Source: Neoechinorhynchus agilis (lineage: Eukaryota > Animalia > Acanthocephala). From it: 64,000 nt of DNA. A program made the position numbers and the translations under genes. How positions within the stretch are numbered: the stretch's first letter is position 1; each line of letters begins with the position of its first letter. Positions 11,667 through 22,800 of this stretch are shown here, piece after piece. The stretch lies in assembly GCA_051530055.1 (NCBI GenBank), contig CM121341.1, positions 4,256,784 through 4,320,783 on the forward strand, given 5' to 3'. The notes beneath the pieces are model-generated. The model was not told the DNA's origin and did not search any database. It saw only the letters and a program-made list of their open reading frames with translations.

Positions 11667-14287
11667 ATGTCAGAGGAAACATTTGGTAAAGAACAAATTA
11701 TTGAATTGTTCGACGACGATCAATACATTCATTTACTGAGAAATGAGACGCATAATTTGGAAAATGAGCTTAAAAGTTCTGCGAAATCAGGTTCCGACAT
11801 TTGTGGTATATTAAAAACACCTTATTCCTTCGAAAAACCTAAAGCACGACGAAAAAATATAAAATGGGCTGATGAAGATGGACGAGATATTGAGTCTACG
11901 ATGTTAATTCCGACTCGATATCAAATGGCGGAACTGCATGGATGGTCTTACTATTATAATCCAGATTATCATCCTCGAGAAAATCGGGCAACAATAAGTA
12001 GTGAAGAGAAATCGTGGCTTCGTCGATCGGTTGAAATCCCTGATGATTGGGAATTCTTTGATGCAGACAAGCCATCAAATTGCCCGTTGAGTGAGTTCCC
12101 GATGACTTCTATGTTGTCGACAGGATGCTGCACTGTATCATCTAAAAAGAAAAATGACAAAAAACGAAGACGAGAAAAACCAAAGAGTACGGAACAAATC
12201 GTAAATGGTCTAATGAGTGAAATGCCAGGCAATATGAAGGTGGATGCGGGGAAGAGAAAGTTGCCATCGTTACATGGCGAGCTACCTTCAAAGCAACGAC
12301 GAGAAAATATAAAATGGGCTGATGAAGATGGACGAGATATTGAGTCTACGATGTTAATTCCGACTCGATATCAAATGGCGGAACTGTATGGATGGTCTTA
12401 CTATTATAATCCAGATTATCATCCTCGAGAAAATCGGGCAACAATAAGTAGTGAAGAGAAATCGTGGCTTCGTCGATCGGTTGAAATCCCTGATGATTGG
12501 AAATTCTTTGATGCAGACAAGCCATCAAATTGCCCGTTGAGTGAGTTCCCGATGACTTCTATGTTGTCGACAGGATACTGCACTGTATCATCTAAAAAGA
12601 AAAATGACAAAAAACGAAGACGAGAAAAACCAAAGAGTACGGAACAAATCGTAAATGGTCTAATGAGTGAAATGCCAGGCAATATGAAGGTGGATGCGGG
12701 GAAGAGAAAGTTGCCATCGTTACATGGCGAGCTACCTTCAAAGCAACGACGAGAAAATATAAAATGGGCTGATGAAGATGGACGAGATATTGAGTCTACG
12801 ATGTTAATTCCGACTCGATATCAAATGGCGGAACTGCATGGATGGTCTTACTATTATAATCCAGATTATCATCCTCGAGAAAATCGGGCAACAATAAGTA
12901 GTGAAGAGAAATCGGGCTTCGTCGATCGGTTGAAATCCCTGATGATTGGAAATTCTTTGATGCAGACAAGCCATCAAATTGCCCGTTGAGTGAGTTCCCG
13001 ATGACTTCTATGTTGTCGACAGGATACTGCACTGTATCATCTAAAAGGAAAAATGACAAAAAACGAAGACGAGAAAAACCAAAGAGTACGGAACAAATCG
13101 TAAATGGTCTAATGAGTGAAATGCCAGGCAATATGAAGGTGGATGCGGGGAAGAGAAAGTTGCCATCGTTACATGGCGAGCTACCTTCAAAGCAACGACG
13201 AGAAAATATAAAATGGGCTGATGAAGATGGACGAGATATTGAGTCTACGATGTTAATTCCGACTCGATATCAAATGGCGGAACTGCATGGATGGTCTTAC
13301 TATTATAATCCAGATTATCATCCTCGAGAAAATCGGGCAACAATAAGTAGTGAAGAGAAATCGGGGCTTCGTCGATCGGTTGAAATCCCTGATGATTGGA
13401 AATTCTTTGATGCAGACAAGCCATCAAATTGCCCGTTGAGTGAGTTCCCGATGACTTCTATGTTGTCGACAGGATACTGCACTGTATCATCTAAAAAGAA
13501 AAATGACAAAAAACGAAGACGAGAAAAACCAAAGAGTACGGAACAAATCGTAAATGATCTAATGAATGAAATGCCAGGCAATATGAAGGTGGATGCGGGG
13601 AAGAGAAAGTTGCCATCGTTACATGGCGAGCTACCTTCAAAGCAACGACGAAAAAATATAAAATGGGCTGATGAAGATGGACGAGATATTGAGTCTACGA
13701 TGTTAATTCCGACTCGATATCAAATGGCGGAACTGTATGGATGGTCTTACTATTATAATCCAGATTATCATCCTCGAGAAAATCGGGCAACAATAAGTAG
13801 TGAAGAGAAATCGTGGCTTCGTCGATCGGTTGAAATCCCTGATGATTGGGAATTCTTTGATGCAGACAAGCCATCAAATTGCCCGTTGAGTGAGTTCCCG
13901 ATGACTTCTATGTTGTCGACAGGATGCTGCACTGTATCATCTAAAAAGAAAAATGACAAAAAACGAAGACGAGAAAAAACAAAGAGTACGGAACAAATCG
14001 TAAATGGTCTATTGAGTGAAATGCTAGGCAATATGAAGCTGGATGCGGGGAAGAGAAAGTTGCCATCGTTACATGGCGAGCTACCTTCAAAGCAACAGTG
14101 CTTTAGTATCGCTGAACGATTTACGGAAAGTCGACCAATGTTTAAATTATTTAAATTTTATCCTATGGAACCCAAACATGTTGGAAAAAATGAGGAAAAC
14201 CAATTGATGGAATCATCAGTTGACAAAAAACGAAAATGTAAATTACACCAAAATCCGGATGCGCCATCGATAAAGCAGAAGAAGTAA
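11667..14287 (+). CDS. Tandem-repeat protein with GILK and five (K/E)NIKWAD PP1-docking (SILK/RVxF-type) motifs; one apparent frameshift near 12915
   Basis: Two overlapping ORFs (440 and 433 aa) join if 1 nt is restored at aaatcgggcttc (other units read tcgtggc or tcggggc). Motif CGILK...RRKNIKWADEDG. Confidence 0.7.
11848..14096 (+). repeat. Coding tandem repeat, 5 units of 450 bp (150 aa)
   Basis: Unit starts at ~11848, 12298, 12748, 13197 and 13647; few SNPs between units. Confidence 0.95.
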
Positions 14288-14687
14288 TTAGACTAACTGC
14301 AATGGTCCTTAATGGAACCACAGGGTTCCATTTGTCCATCGCTACAACGAATATGTAAAGCAAGTTTACCATTGAGATCCTTGACTTTGAATCCATGATG
14401 TTTTCGAGAAGTATGCTTTTTAATTTCATGGATTCTGCGATAGTACATATTGGAAATGTAAATCCAGGATCGATAGATTGGGGATTCATTCACTACGAAG
14501 GCTTCCCATTGTGAAATTATGATAAAATGGTCTAATCCATCGATTGCAGAATAATATATAGTTAAACGTTCGATTTTTACGGAATAACTAAGTAGCAGAC
14601 CGGATAGGCGATATACTCAACCATCACAATCTCGCACATATATAAAAATCACGAGAGATATTTGCTGTTAGAAAAAACCTAGAATAT

Positions 14688-15707
14688 TTAGGACACTTCA
14701 TCAATCAGAATTTCTTTGATACGTTTTCCTTGCCATAATTTATGTTCCTTTAATCCCAGGAGATAAAATACCGTCGGCAAAATATCGCCACCGCTGACCC
14801 AGTTCTGGATAATGTAATTCTCCTTCACTCCGGCACCAGCAAACATTACCGGAATCCTCAATGTCTGATCGGATGTCTTTGAATGACCAAACTCTTCACC
14901 GCCATGGTCCGAGGAAAGGACAATGAGCGTTTGGGAAGAGTCGATTTCATCGAGAATTAACCCCAGTGAGTCGTCCACTCTTTTAAGAGCTTCGAGATAT
15001 TCTTGAGAACACCAGCCATGCGAATGACCAGCGGCATCGACTTCATTGAAATATTCTCGAGTAGGTATCGAAAAGGAAGCCTTCGAAACCTTCTCGGCAT
15101 AAATGAACGAATAAGATAACGGAATTTGTTTATCATTCATTACAGTCTTAAGAAACCTCACAGCATTTGTGGCAATCTCCAAACTGTGATCTTTGCATTT
15201 CTCCGATCGATCGCTATAGAATTCCCAATCAATGCTTCCTTTGATCGATTCGCTTCCCAGATACTTAAACCACGGCCAATCATATATCAAAGCTGTTTTA
15301 GCTTTGGGATTGGCTTGTTTTAGAACTCGAAATGCAGTAGGCAAATAACCGCCATCATCGAGTACTGAACTCACCAAATTAGAATGATTGAACGGTGGCC
15401 AAGGTGGAATCCAGGAATTATCGAGCATTCCGGTTCGCTCCACGTTCATTGAACACAACTGAAGCGCCCAGCACGGAGCGCTATAAGTTATTGGAGATGT
15501 GAGCCCCTTCTCAAGGGTCAAGGATCCTCGTCGTCCGATTCGGTGCATTATATTGTCCGGTTTGTTTTGACCAATATCCAAGCAATTCGGTTTGAGGCCA
15601 TCAATTCCGATGTGAAGAACGTGTTTGATTTTAGTAGAGTTTGGCATCGCGCAGGAGCAAGCGATAAGCAATTCCACTACGCCGAGGAGGAGGAAATTCT
15701 TCATCAC
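14688..15707 (-). CDS. Secreted alkaline-phosphatase-superfamily enzyme (type I phosphodiesterase/nucleotide pyrophosphatase-like), intronless, 339 aa
   Basis: Hydrophobic N-terminal signal; metal-binding motifs HIGIDG, EVDAAGHSHG, SSDHGG; candidate nucleophile in YSAPCW. Confidence 0.85.
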   Translation of the reverse strand: MMKNFLLLGVVELLIACSCAMPNSTKIKHVLHIGIDGLKPNCLDIGQNKPDNIMHRIGRRGSLTLEKGLTSPITYSAPCWALQLCSMNVERTGMLDNSWIPPWPPFNHSNLVSSVLDDGGYLPTAFRVLKQANPKAKTALIYDWPWFKYLGSESIKGSIDWEFYSDRSEKCKDHSLEIATNAVRFLKTVMNDKQIPLSYSFIYAEKVSKASFSIPTREYFNEVDAAGHSHGWCSQEYLEALKRVDDSLGLILDEIDSSQTLIVLSSDHGGEEFGHSKTSDQTLRIPVMFAGAGVKENYIIQNWVSGGDILPTVFYLLGLKEHKLWQGKRIKEILIDEVS

Positions 15708-16103
15708 GAATCAGCGATGAGAGGAATTCGCAAACGCAAGAAGTAGGGGATTATTCGCACTTTTGCTATGTGATATATTTTCAAGAAAATGAATGTGTGG
15801 AAAGTTTGGAGGAACAGTAGAAACTCGTTGACATTCATTGTGACTCAGTGATATCACACAGCGAATGTTTCTTGTTTAAAAAATTTGTACTGAAAAATCG
15901 ACAACGATCCGCTTTTGAGGAATTATCAATGCTGACAAAACAATTAAACCTTTTGAATGGACTATTTTTTCGGTCGTCTCTAATTTACTAAAGCCAAAGA
16001 GGGAAGCGCTCTTATTAGACGTTCTAAAGATCATCCGATAAATAGGCATTATTTTTTATAATAAATAATTGTAATTTATTGGACTTTTCCGTAGGGGTTT
16101 AAA

Positions 16104-18626
16104 TTACTTTCTAATTTTCAAGCGCTCCATATCGTCAGCTAATCTATCACGATCATCCTTCTTTGGTTTATAATATCTTGAAATTATGTCTAACACTTCT
16201 CGGAAATCCCTTTCCTTTGCAATCTCATAAGCCGTTTTTCCTAAAAAAAAGGTGTAAGAAAAAAAGTTTGTTCATACCGATCGCGGACCTTCATCATTTT
16301 GAACATTAAGATCAGCGCCTGCTTTAATTAAATATGCTAAAATTTTTGGTTTAGAAAAGAATGCCGCAACCATAGTTGGGGTGTTGTTTCTCATATCAGT
16401 AACGTTCACTTTGGCTCCATGACTGACCAAAATGTCAACACATTCCGGGTCATCAACGATGGCTGTTTTGGCGATATGGATATTTGAGTGGCCCAAAAAT
16501 GACTTAAAATAGTACCTGCAGCTGCAAAATGCAAAGGAGTTCCTCCTCGATCATTTCTGTGATTGGTGTGGATATCGGGTGAACGAAGTAAAATTCTAAA
16601 TTTTTAATTAGAGTTTTTTCCTCGCTTAAGATCAATTACTGGCAAATTCGTTTCCGATTATGGCGAGAAGCAATGCTTAGCGGAGTGTCACCCATGTACA
16701 TAACATTAGGATCCGCTTTAGCGTCGATTAAGACCTCCACACATTCAGGTCGATCGTGGATAACGGCCTTATGGAGAGCAGTCATCGCACTTCGGTCCAA
16801 ATGATTTACATTTGCACCACGTCTTATCATGTACTTCAATAGATCAGCTCGATCTCGTTGCTAATAAAACCGTTATTTTAAAAACAATGAGTTCTTATAG
16901 AATACCCTTAGATTTTGTCCATAGTATTCAGCATCACAAAGTACGTGGATTGGAGTCAAGTGATGCTCACTTTCGGTTTGATTCGGGTCAGCAGATACCT
17001 ATTAGCCGTATTTTCACATTGATTACGATTTTTTGTTCCGGAAAACTAACGTCGAGCAGAAATTTGATCACATCCGGATCACCTTCGAAACATGCAATAA
17101 TAAGTGCCGTAGCTTGTGCAATCGGGCGACCAGTAGCTTCATCCAGAATGTCACATGGATCATTCGGATTAATGTTCTGCCTTACAATCACGTCTTCTAA
17201 CTTGCGCAGCTTTTCAGGAATATTTGCTTGAGTTTTGTCGGTTTCCCATACGGCCCGGAGTAACGGGTGGTGCTTTTCGCGAATGCTGCGGATTCTAGCA
17301 ACGCGAGCAGCACTGTCCTCCTCCTTCTCCCTTCCACTATCACGATGCTGTGATCGTCTATCATGTTCACTAAAACAAACCGATCATCGAAAATGAAGGA
17401 AGATCGAAAAATCAAGAATCCGAGACTTGGTTTCTATGATGTGTAGTCGCTTGGAATACTACTTAACTTTCCAGCCAACCATGATCTTTATTTTAGAGCT
17501 TAAACCGTCTTACGGTTCTAGGGAATAATATTCGTTCTTGTACGCAACATCGAGAGCCGTAATACGGCGAAAGCTCGAAAATAAAACTATTTTTCTATAA
17601 TCATTATAACGGCCCTTTCCCAAATGTCCATTTTTAATCAACAACTTGATCTCATAGTAACACAAATATTTAATCATGGAGAAAGATGAAGTTTTGGAGA
17701 TGATAATAATCAACCCCCATAATAAAAAATATTTTATTGAAGATATTTCGAACGGAGAAGCCTCATCAGTCATTGTAAATTGTTTCGAGTTCAAAATATC
17801 AGCATCGCCGTGTTGAGAGGCAACACTGCAAGCATTCGGGCGACAATTGGGGACGAGGACAAACCAGTGAAACTTTCAAAATAAACGGATTATTTTTATT
17901 GAAAAAGAAATAGTAAAGTTGTTTTTCGCATGAACATTAAATCTTAAAGGGTAGATTTGAGATTTATAGATAAGACGAATACGTCAAACAGGCAGGTTCA
18001 AAAACTAAAAGATAATTTATATCAAAAAGATCTTTTGGAATGGTAAATATTGAATGGTGGTGGTGAACATAATCCCCCCGGTTAAAAATTCGTTTATTAC
18101 TATGAAATCTTTCGAAAGAGGAAACCTCGCCTCATCAAAGTATTTCTTGTAAGTTTTTCACGAGTTTAAATAGTAAAAACTTACAAGAAATGACTGATGA
18201 GGCGAATTTTTAACCAGAGGATTACGTTCATCAGCGTTCAATACCCAAAATCAATACAAAATTGTGTTTAAGATTAATAAACATGGATAGCGATGGGAGT
18301 GAAGATATTATCAGTAAGGATGGGATTATTCGTCGACCCGCCGTTGATTTCAATAGATCGAATAGCAATTGTGGGGCCCAAAAAAGGAAACCACAGAATC
18401 CAATGACATTTTGTGAAAAGCGCTCTAAATGGTATGTAATCTTAAAAAAGCGAGCAGATTTGAGATTTATAGATGTGTCGTTTTAAGCCACAGTTAAATG
18501 GAATGATAAGAATGATAGAATTTAAAGAAAACTGGGATCAGTTGAGATTTAATCGTTTAAGAAAATGACTTACCTGTTTGAGCTGGGTCTTTGGGAAATA
18601 CGCGATCTGCTGCTGGTGCTCGACAT
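16104..18626 (-). CDS. Ankyrin-repeat protein, 7 exons
   Basis: Hand-spliced model with GT-AG introns in consistent phase. Exon 1 18574-18626 (MSSTSSRS, donor CAG/GTAAGT), exon 2 from 17369. Repeats TALIIACFEG, TPIHVLC, TALHKAV, TPLSIAS, TPLHFAA, TPTMVAA, KTAYEIA; stop TAA at 16104-16106. Confidence 0.85.
18127..18205. repeat. Foldback with ~31-bp arms in ankyrin intron 1
   Basis: tcgcctcatca..tatttcttgtaagttttt / aaaaacttacaagaaatgactgatgaggcga; 15 nt of the arm recurs at 17760-17774. Confidence 0.8.
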
Positions 18627-18654
18627 GGCTGTTGTGTTCGTCGATCAAAAACAA

Positions 18655-18692
18655 TAGTAGTAGTAGTGGTGGTGGTGGTGGTGGTGGCGGTG
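18655..18692. repeat. Compound microsatellite (TAG)4(TGG)7 just upstream of the ankyrin ATG
   Basis: Directly visible. Confidence 0.9.
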
Positions 18693-19848
18693 TTGGCTAG
18701 AGTGAACGGAGAAAGGAATCACGGGAAAGAGCACTTTTGAAACGTGGTTTTCTCTCAAAAGTGAAAAAAGACAAGAGTTAGGCACTCACAACGAAACGCG
18801 ACAATGGAGGTGTCGTTGTGCAGTAGCGACATTTAACAAAAAAAACACACGTAAAAGGTTGCTTTTAAAAGTTCATTCAATACAGAATAGACCAGTGCCG
18901 ACGAGAATCGTATTCATTGGTGAACATAAAGACGTGAGTGTGTCTCATGGATGTTCGAGCGTTGGAAATTGAAGCACAAAACACGATAACTAGTACGCGC
19001 TGGAACGAATTGATCCGTAACTTATATCCAATGTCAGCGCCCCGTCATTGTTTGAATTAAAAACGCAAACAAATGGGTCTGAGTTAGCTCATTGCGGATC
19101 ACTTGAAGTAGAGATACAATCTCTTTTATCAACTCTTGATTTGCTAATTAAGGTTGACAAACTTTAACTGAACCGCAAACGCCAATAGTGACTATAAAAA
19201 CAACAACTTTACGTGTATTACTCTTCTAAATATTTCATTGTTTCGTGGATCAATGTGAGTCTTTTTATACTCAATCTTGAACGCTTTATTGAAATCGTTA
19301 TTTCCCTATTCCCACTCCCGGTGAAATTGAACGTTATTAGCGCATCTACATTCTTAAATTTCACGGATCGGCTACAAATGTGTGTTTTTTTCGATTTGTT
19401 TTTCACATCATTGGTCGATAATTGAAAAAAATCGCAAAATAAAACGAAACAGATTGTCTTAAGGACATGATGACTAAGAAACAGTCAAAATCATTTCCGT
19501 TCCGGCAACTTAATGCCGGCCATCTTGAACGATTTTTCAACTGACTTTTCTCTTTGACTTCTATGCAGTGAATTGGCGGTACATACGTGTCGATAATAAG
19601 AACAGATCGTTTCGAGATGTTTAGAAGGTAAATGTAGAAGATATCGACGAGTAACGTGCCATCGATCGTGTGAACCGAGGTATTCCATTCGAAATAATCT
19701 TATTTGTCGTAGTAGTGATGACTTTACAGCCATCGAGGAAACTTATCTGAAATCCGATCGAAACGAGAAAATCTAACGATTTCTTGTCCATCATCAAATT
19801 AGAAAATATTTTTATTTTACCGCATGAATCGGAGATCATCTCGCAAAG

Positions 19849-22800
19849 TCACGATCTATGTTGAATGAAAAAAGAAGCTACCCAATAAGTCTCATCGACT
19901 TTATCAAACCAAACAACGCCAGCTATCATAAGATCACGGACTGCACTATAAGCCCGTTCGTAGCTAATGTCGCAATTCCATCCGCATTGCTCACATAGAT
20001 CGATCAATCGGACTCCACTGGGATTATTAGATAGACAAGCGAGGACGTCGATTTGATCATTACCGAGTTCACTCGGGTAAATTTGAACCATTTTGGTTTT
20101 ACCGGGAATTTCAACGATCTTCACGCCTAGAATGCTCAATTTTGAAACAACACGAAAAATGTCGAATTCCGTCACTTGGTCATTGCGAAGCATCCGCAAT
20201 AATAAATCAGTACGGACCAATCCTCCAGTCCGGTTAGAAAGAGCAAAACATACTTCAAGTACTTGGACACTTAAATCGTAATAAAAATCGCCAAGACCAA
20301 GCAAGTCCGTAAAAAAACCTTTAGGACGCGTTCATACCAAAAGTTGTTTTGAGTGTGGAAAATTGAGGTCTTTGAGTAAAATATTACAGAAAACGTTTTG
20401 GCGTTTTATCATGCGAAATATTTCGAAGCCACAATCTTGTACGCATTCTTTAGAGCGTCTTTTGATAACTGAAAATCTCGATAAAGAAGGCGTACAAGAT
20501 TGTAGCTCCGAAATATTGGACTTAATAAATTTCTACAATTTTTTTATAATATTGCTTTGTTGCGATATTTCGTTTGTCATTTTAGATTTTTTAACTGTTT
20601 TCAAACGCAAAGGACTCCGATGAGAAAATTTAGTGGTAATAAATGCAATGTTTCAACGTTCCCATCGGAATCGTGGGCTTTTTGGATACATTTAAAAAGG
20701 ATAAAATGACAAACGAAATATCGCAACAATAAGAATTTATTATGTCAAATATTTCGAAGCCACAATCTTGTAAGCCTTCTTTAGAGCGTCTTTTAATAAC
20801 TAAAAATCTCGATAAAGAAGGCGTACAAGATTGTAGCTCCGAAATATTGGACTTAATAAATTTCTACAATTTTTTTATAATATTGCTTTGTTGCGATATT
20901 TCGTTTGTCATTTTAGATTTTTTAACTGTTTTCAAACGCAAAGGACTCCGATGAGAAAATTTAGTGGTAATAAATGCAATGTTTCAACGTTCCCATCGGA
21001 ATCGTGGGCTTTTGGATACATTTAAAAAGGATAAAATGACAAACGAAATATCGCAACAATAAGAATTTATTATGTCAAATATTTCGAAGCCACAATCTTG
21101 TAAGCCTTCTTTAGAGCGTCTTTCAATAACTAAAAATCTCGATAAAGAAGGCGTACAAGATTGTAGCTCCGAAATATTGGACTTAATAAATTTCTACAAT
21201 TTTTTTATAATATTGCTTTGTTGCGATATTTCGTTTGTCATTTTAGATTTTTTAACTGTTTTCAAACGCAAAGGACTCCGATGAGAAAATTTAGTGGTAA
21301 TAAATGCAATGTTTCAACGTTCCCATCGGAATCGTGGGCTTTTGGATACATTTAAAAAGGATAAAATGACAAACGAAATATCGCAACAATAAGAATTTAT
21401 TATGTCAAATATTTCGAAGCCACAATCTTGTAAGCCTTCTTTAGAGCGTCTTTTAATAACTAAAAATCTCGATAAAGAAGGCGTACAAGATTGTAGCTCC
21501 GAAATATTGGACTTAATAAATTTCTACAATTTTTTTATAATATTGCTTTGTTGCGATATTTCGTTTGTCATTTTAGATTTTTTAACTGTTTTCAAACGCA
21601 AAGGACTCCGATGAGAAAATTTAGTGGTAATAAATGCAATGTTTCAACGTTCCCATCGGAATCGTGGGCTTTTGGATACATTTAAAAAGGATAAAATGAC
21701 AAACGAAATATCGCAACAATAAGAATTTATTATGTCAAATATTTCGAAGCCACAATCTTGTAAGCCTTCTTTAGAGCGTCTTTTAATAACTAAAAATCTC
21801 GATAAAGAAGGCGTACAAGATTGTAGCTCCGAAATATTGGACTTAATAAATTTCTACAATTTTTTTATAATATTGCTTTGTTGCGATATTTCGTTTGTCA
21901 TTTTAGATTTTTTAACTGTTTTCAAACGCAAAGGACTCCGATGAGAAAATTTAGTGGTAATAAATGCAATGTTTCAACGTTCCCATCGGAATCGTGGGCT
22001 TTTGGATACATTTAAAAAGGATAAAATGACAAACGAAATATCGCAACAATAAGAATTTATTATGTCAAATATTTCGAAGCCACAATCTTGTAAGCCTTCT
22101 TTAGAGCGTCTTTTAAAAACTAAAAATCTCGATAAAGAAGACGTACAAGATTGTAGCTCCGAAATATTGGACTTAATAAATTTCTACAATTTTTTTATAA
22201 TATTGCTTTGTTGCGATATTTCGTTTGTCATTTTAGATTTTTTAACTGTTTTCAAACGCAAAGGACTCCGATGAGAAAATTTAGTGGTAATAAATGCAAT
22301 GTTTCAACGTTCCCATCGGAATCGTGGGCTTTTGGATACATTTAAAAAGGATAAAATGACAAACGAAATATCGCAATAAGAATTTATTATGTCAAATATT
22401 GAAGCCACAATCTTGTACGCATTCTTTAGAGCGTCTTTTAATAACTAAAAATCTCGATAAAGAAGACGTACAAGATTGTAGCTCCGAAATATTGGACTTA
22501 ATAAATTTCTACAATTTTTTTATAATATTGCTTTGTTGCGATATTTCGTTTGTCATTTTAGATTTTTTAACTGTTTTCAAACGCAAAGGACTCCGATGAG
22601 AAATTTAGTGGTAATAAATGCAATGTTTCAACGTTCCCATCGGAATCGTGGGCTTTTGGATACATTTAAAAAGGATAAAATGACAAACGAAATATCGCAA
22701 CAATAAGAATTTATTATGTCAAATATTTCGAAGCCACAATCTTGTACGCATTCTTTAGAGCGTCTTTTAAAAACTAAAAATCTCGATAAAGAAGGCGTAC

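Noticed and set aside
11896-14031. Minus-strand 60/87/111-aa ORFs in the 450-bp repeat
   Set aside because: Shadow frames of the long plus-strand ORF.
19213-19839. Small gene downstream of SNF8 (ORFs 19621-19839 and 19218-19406)
   Set aside because: No recognisable family and no convincing splice model; not supportable.
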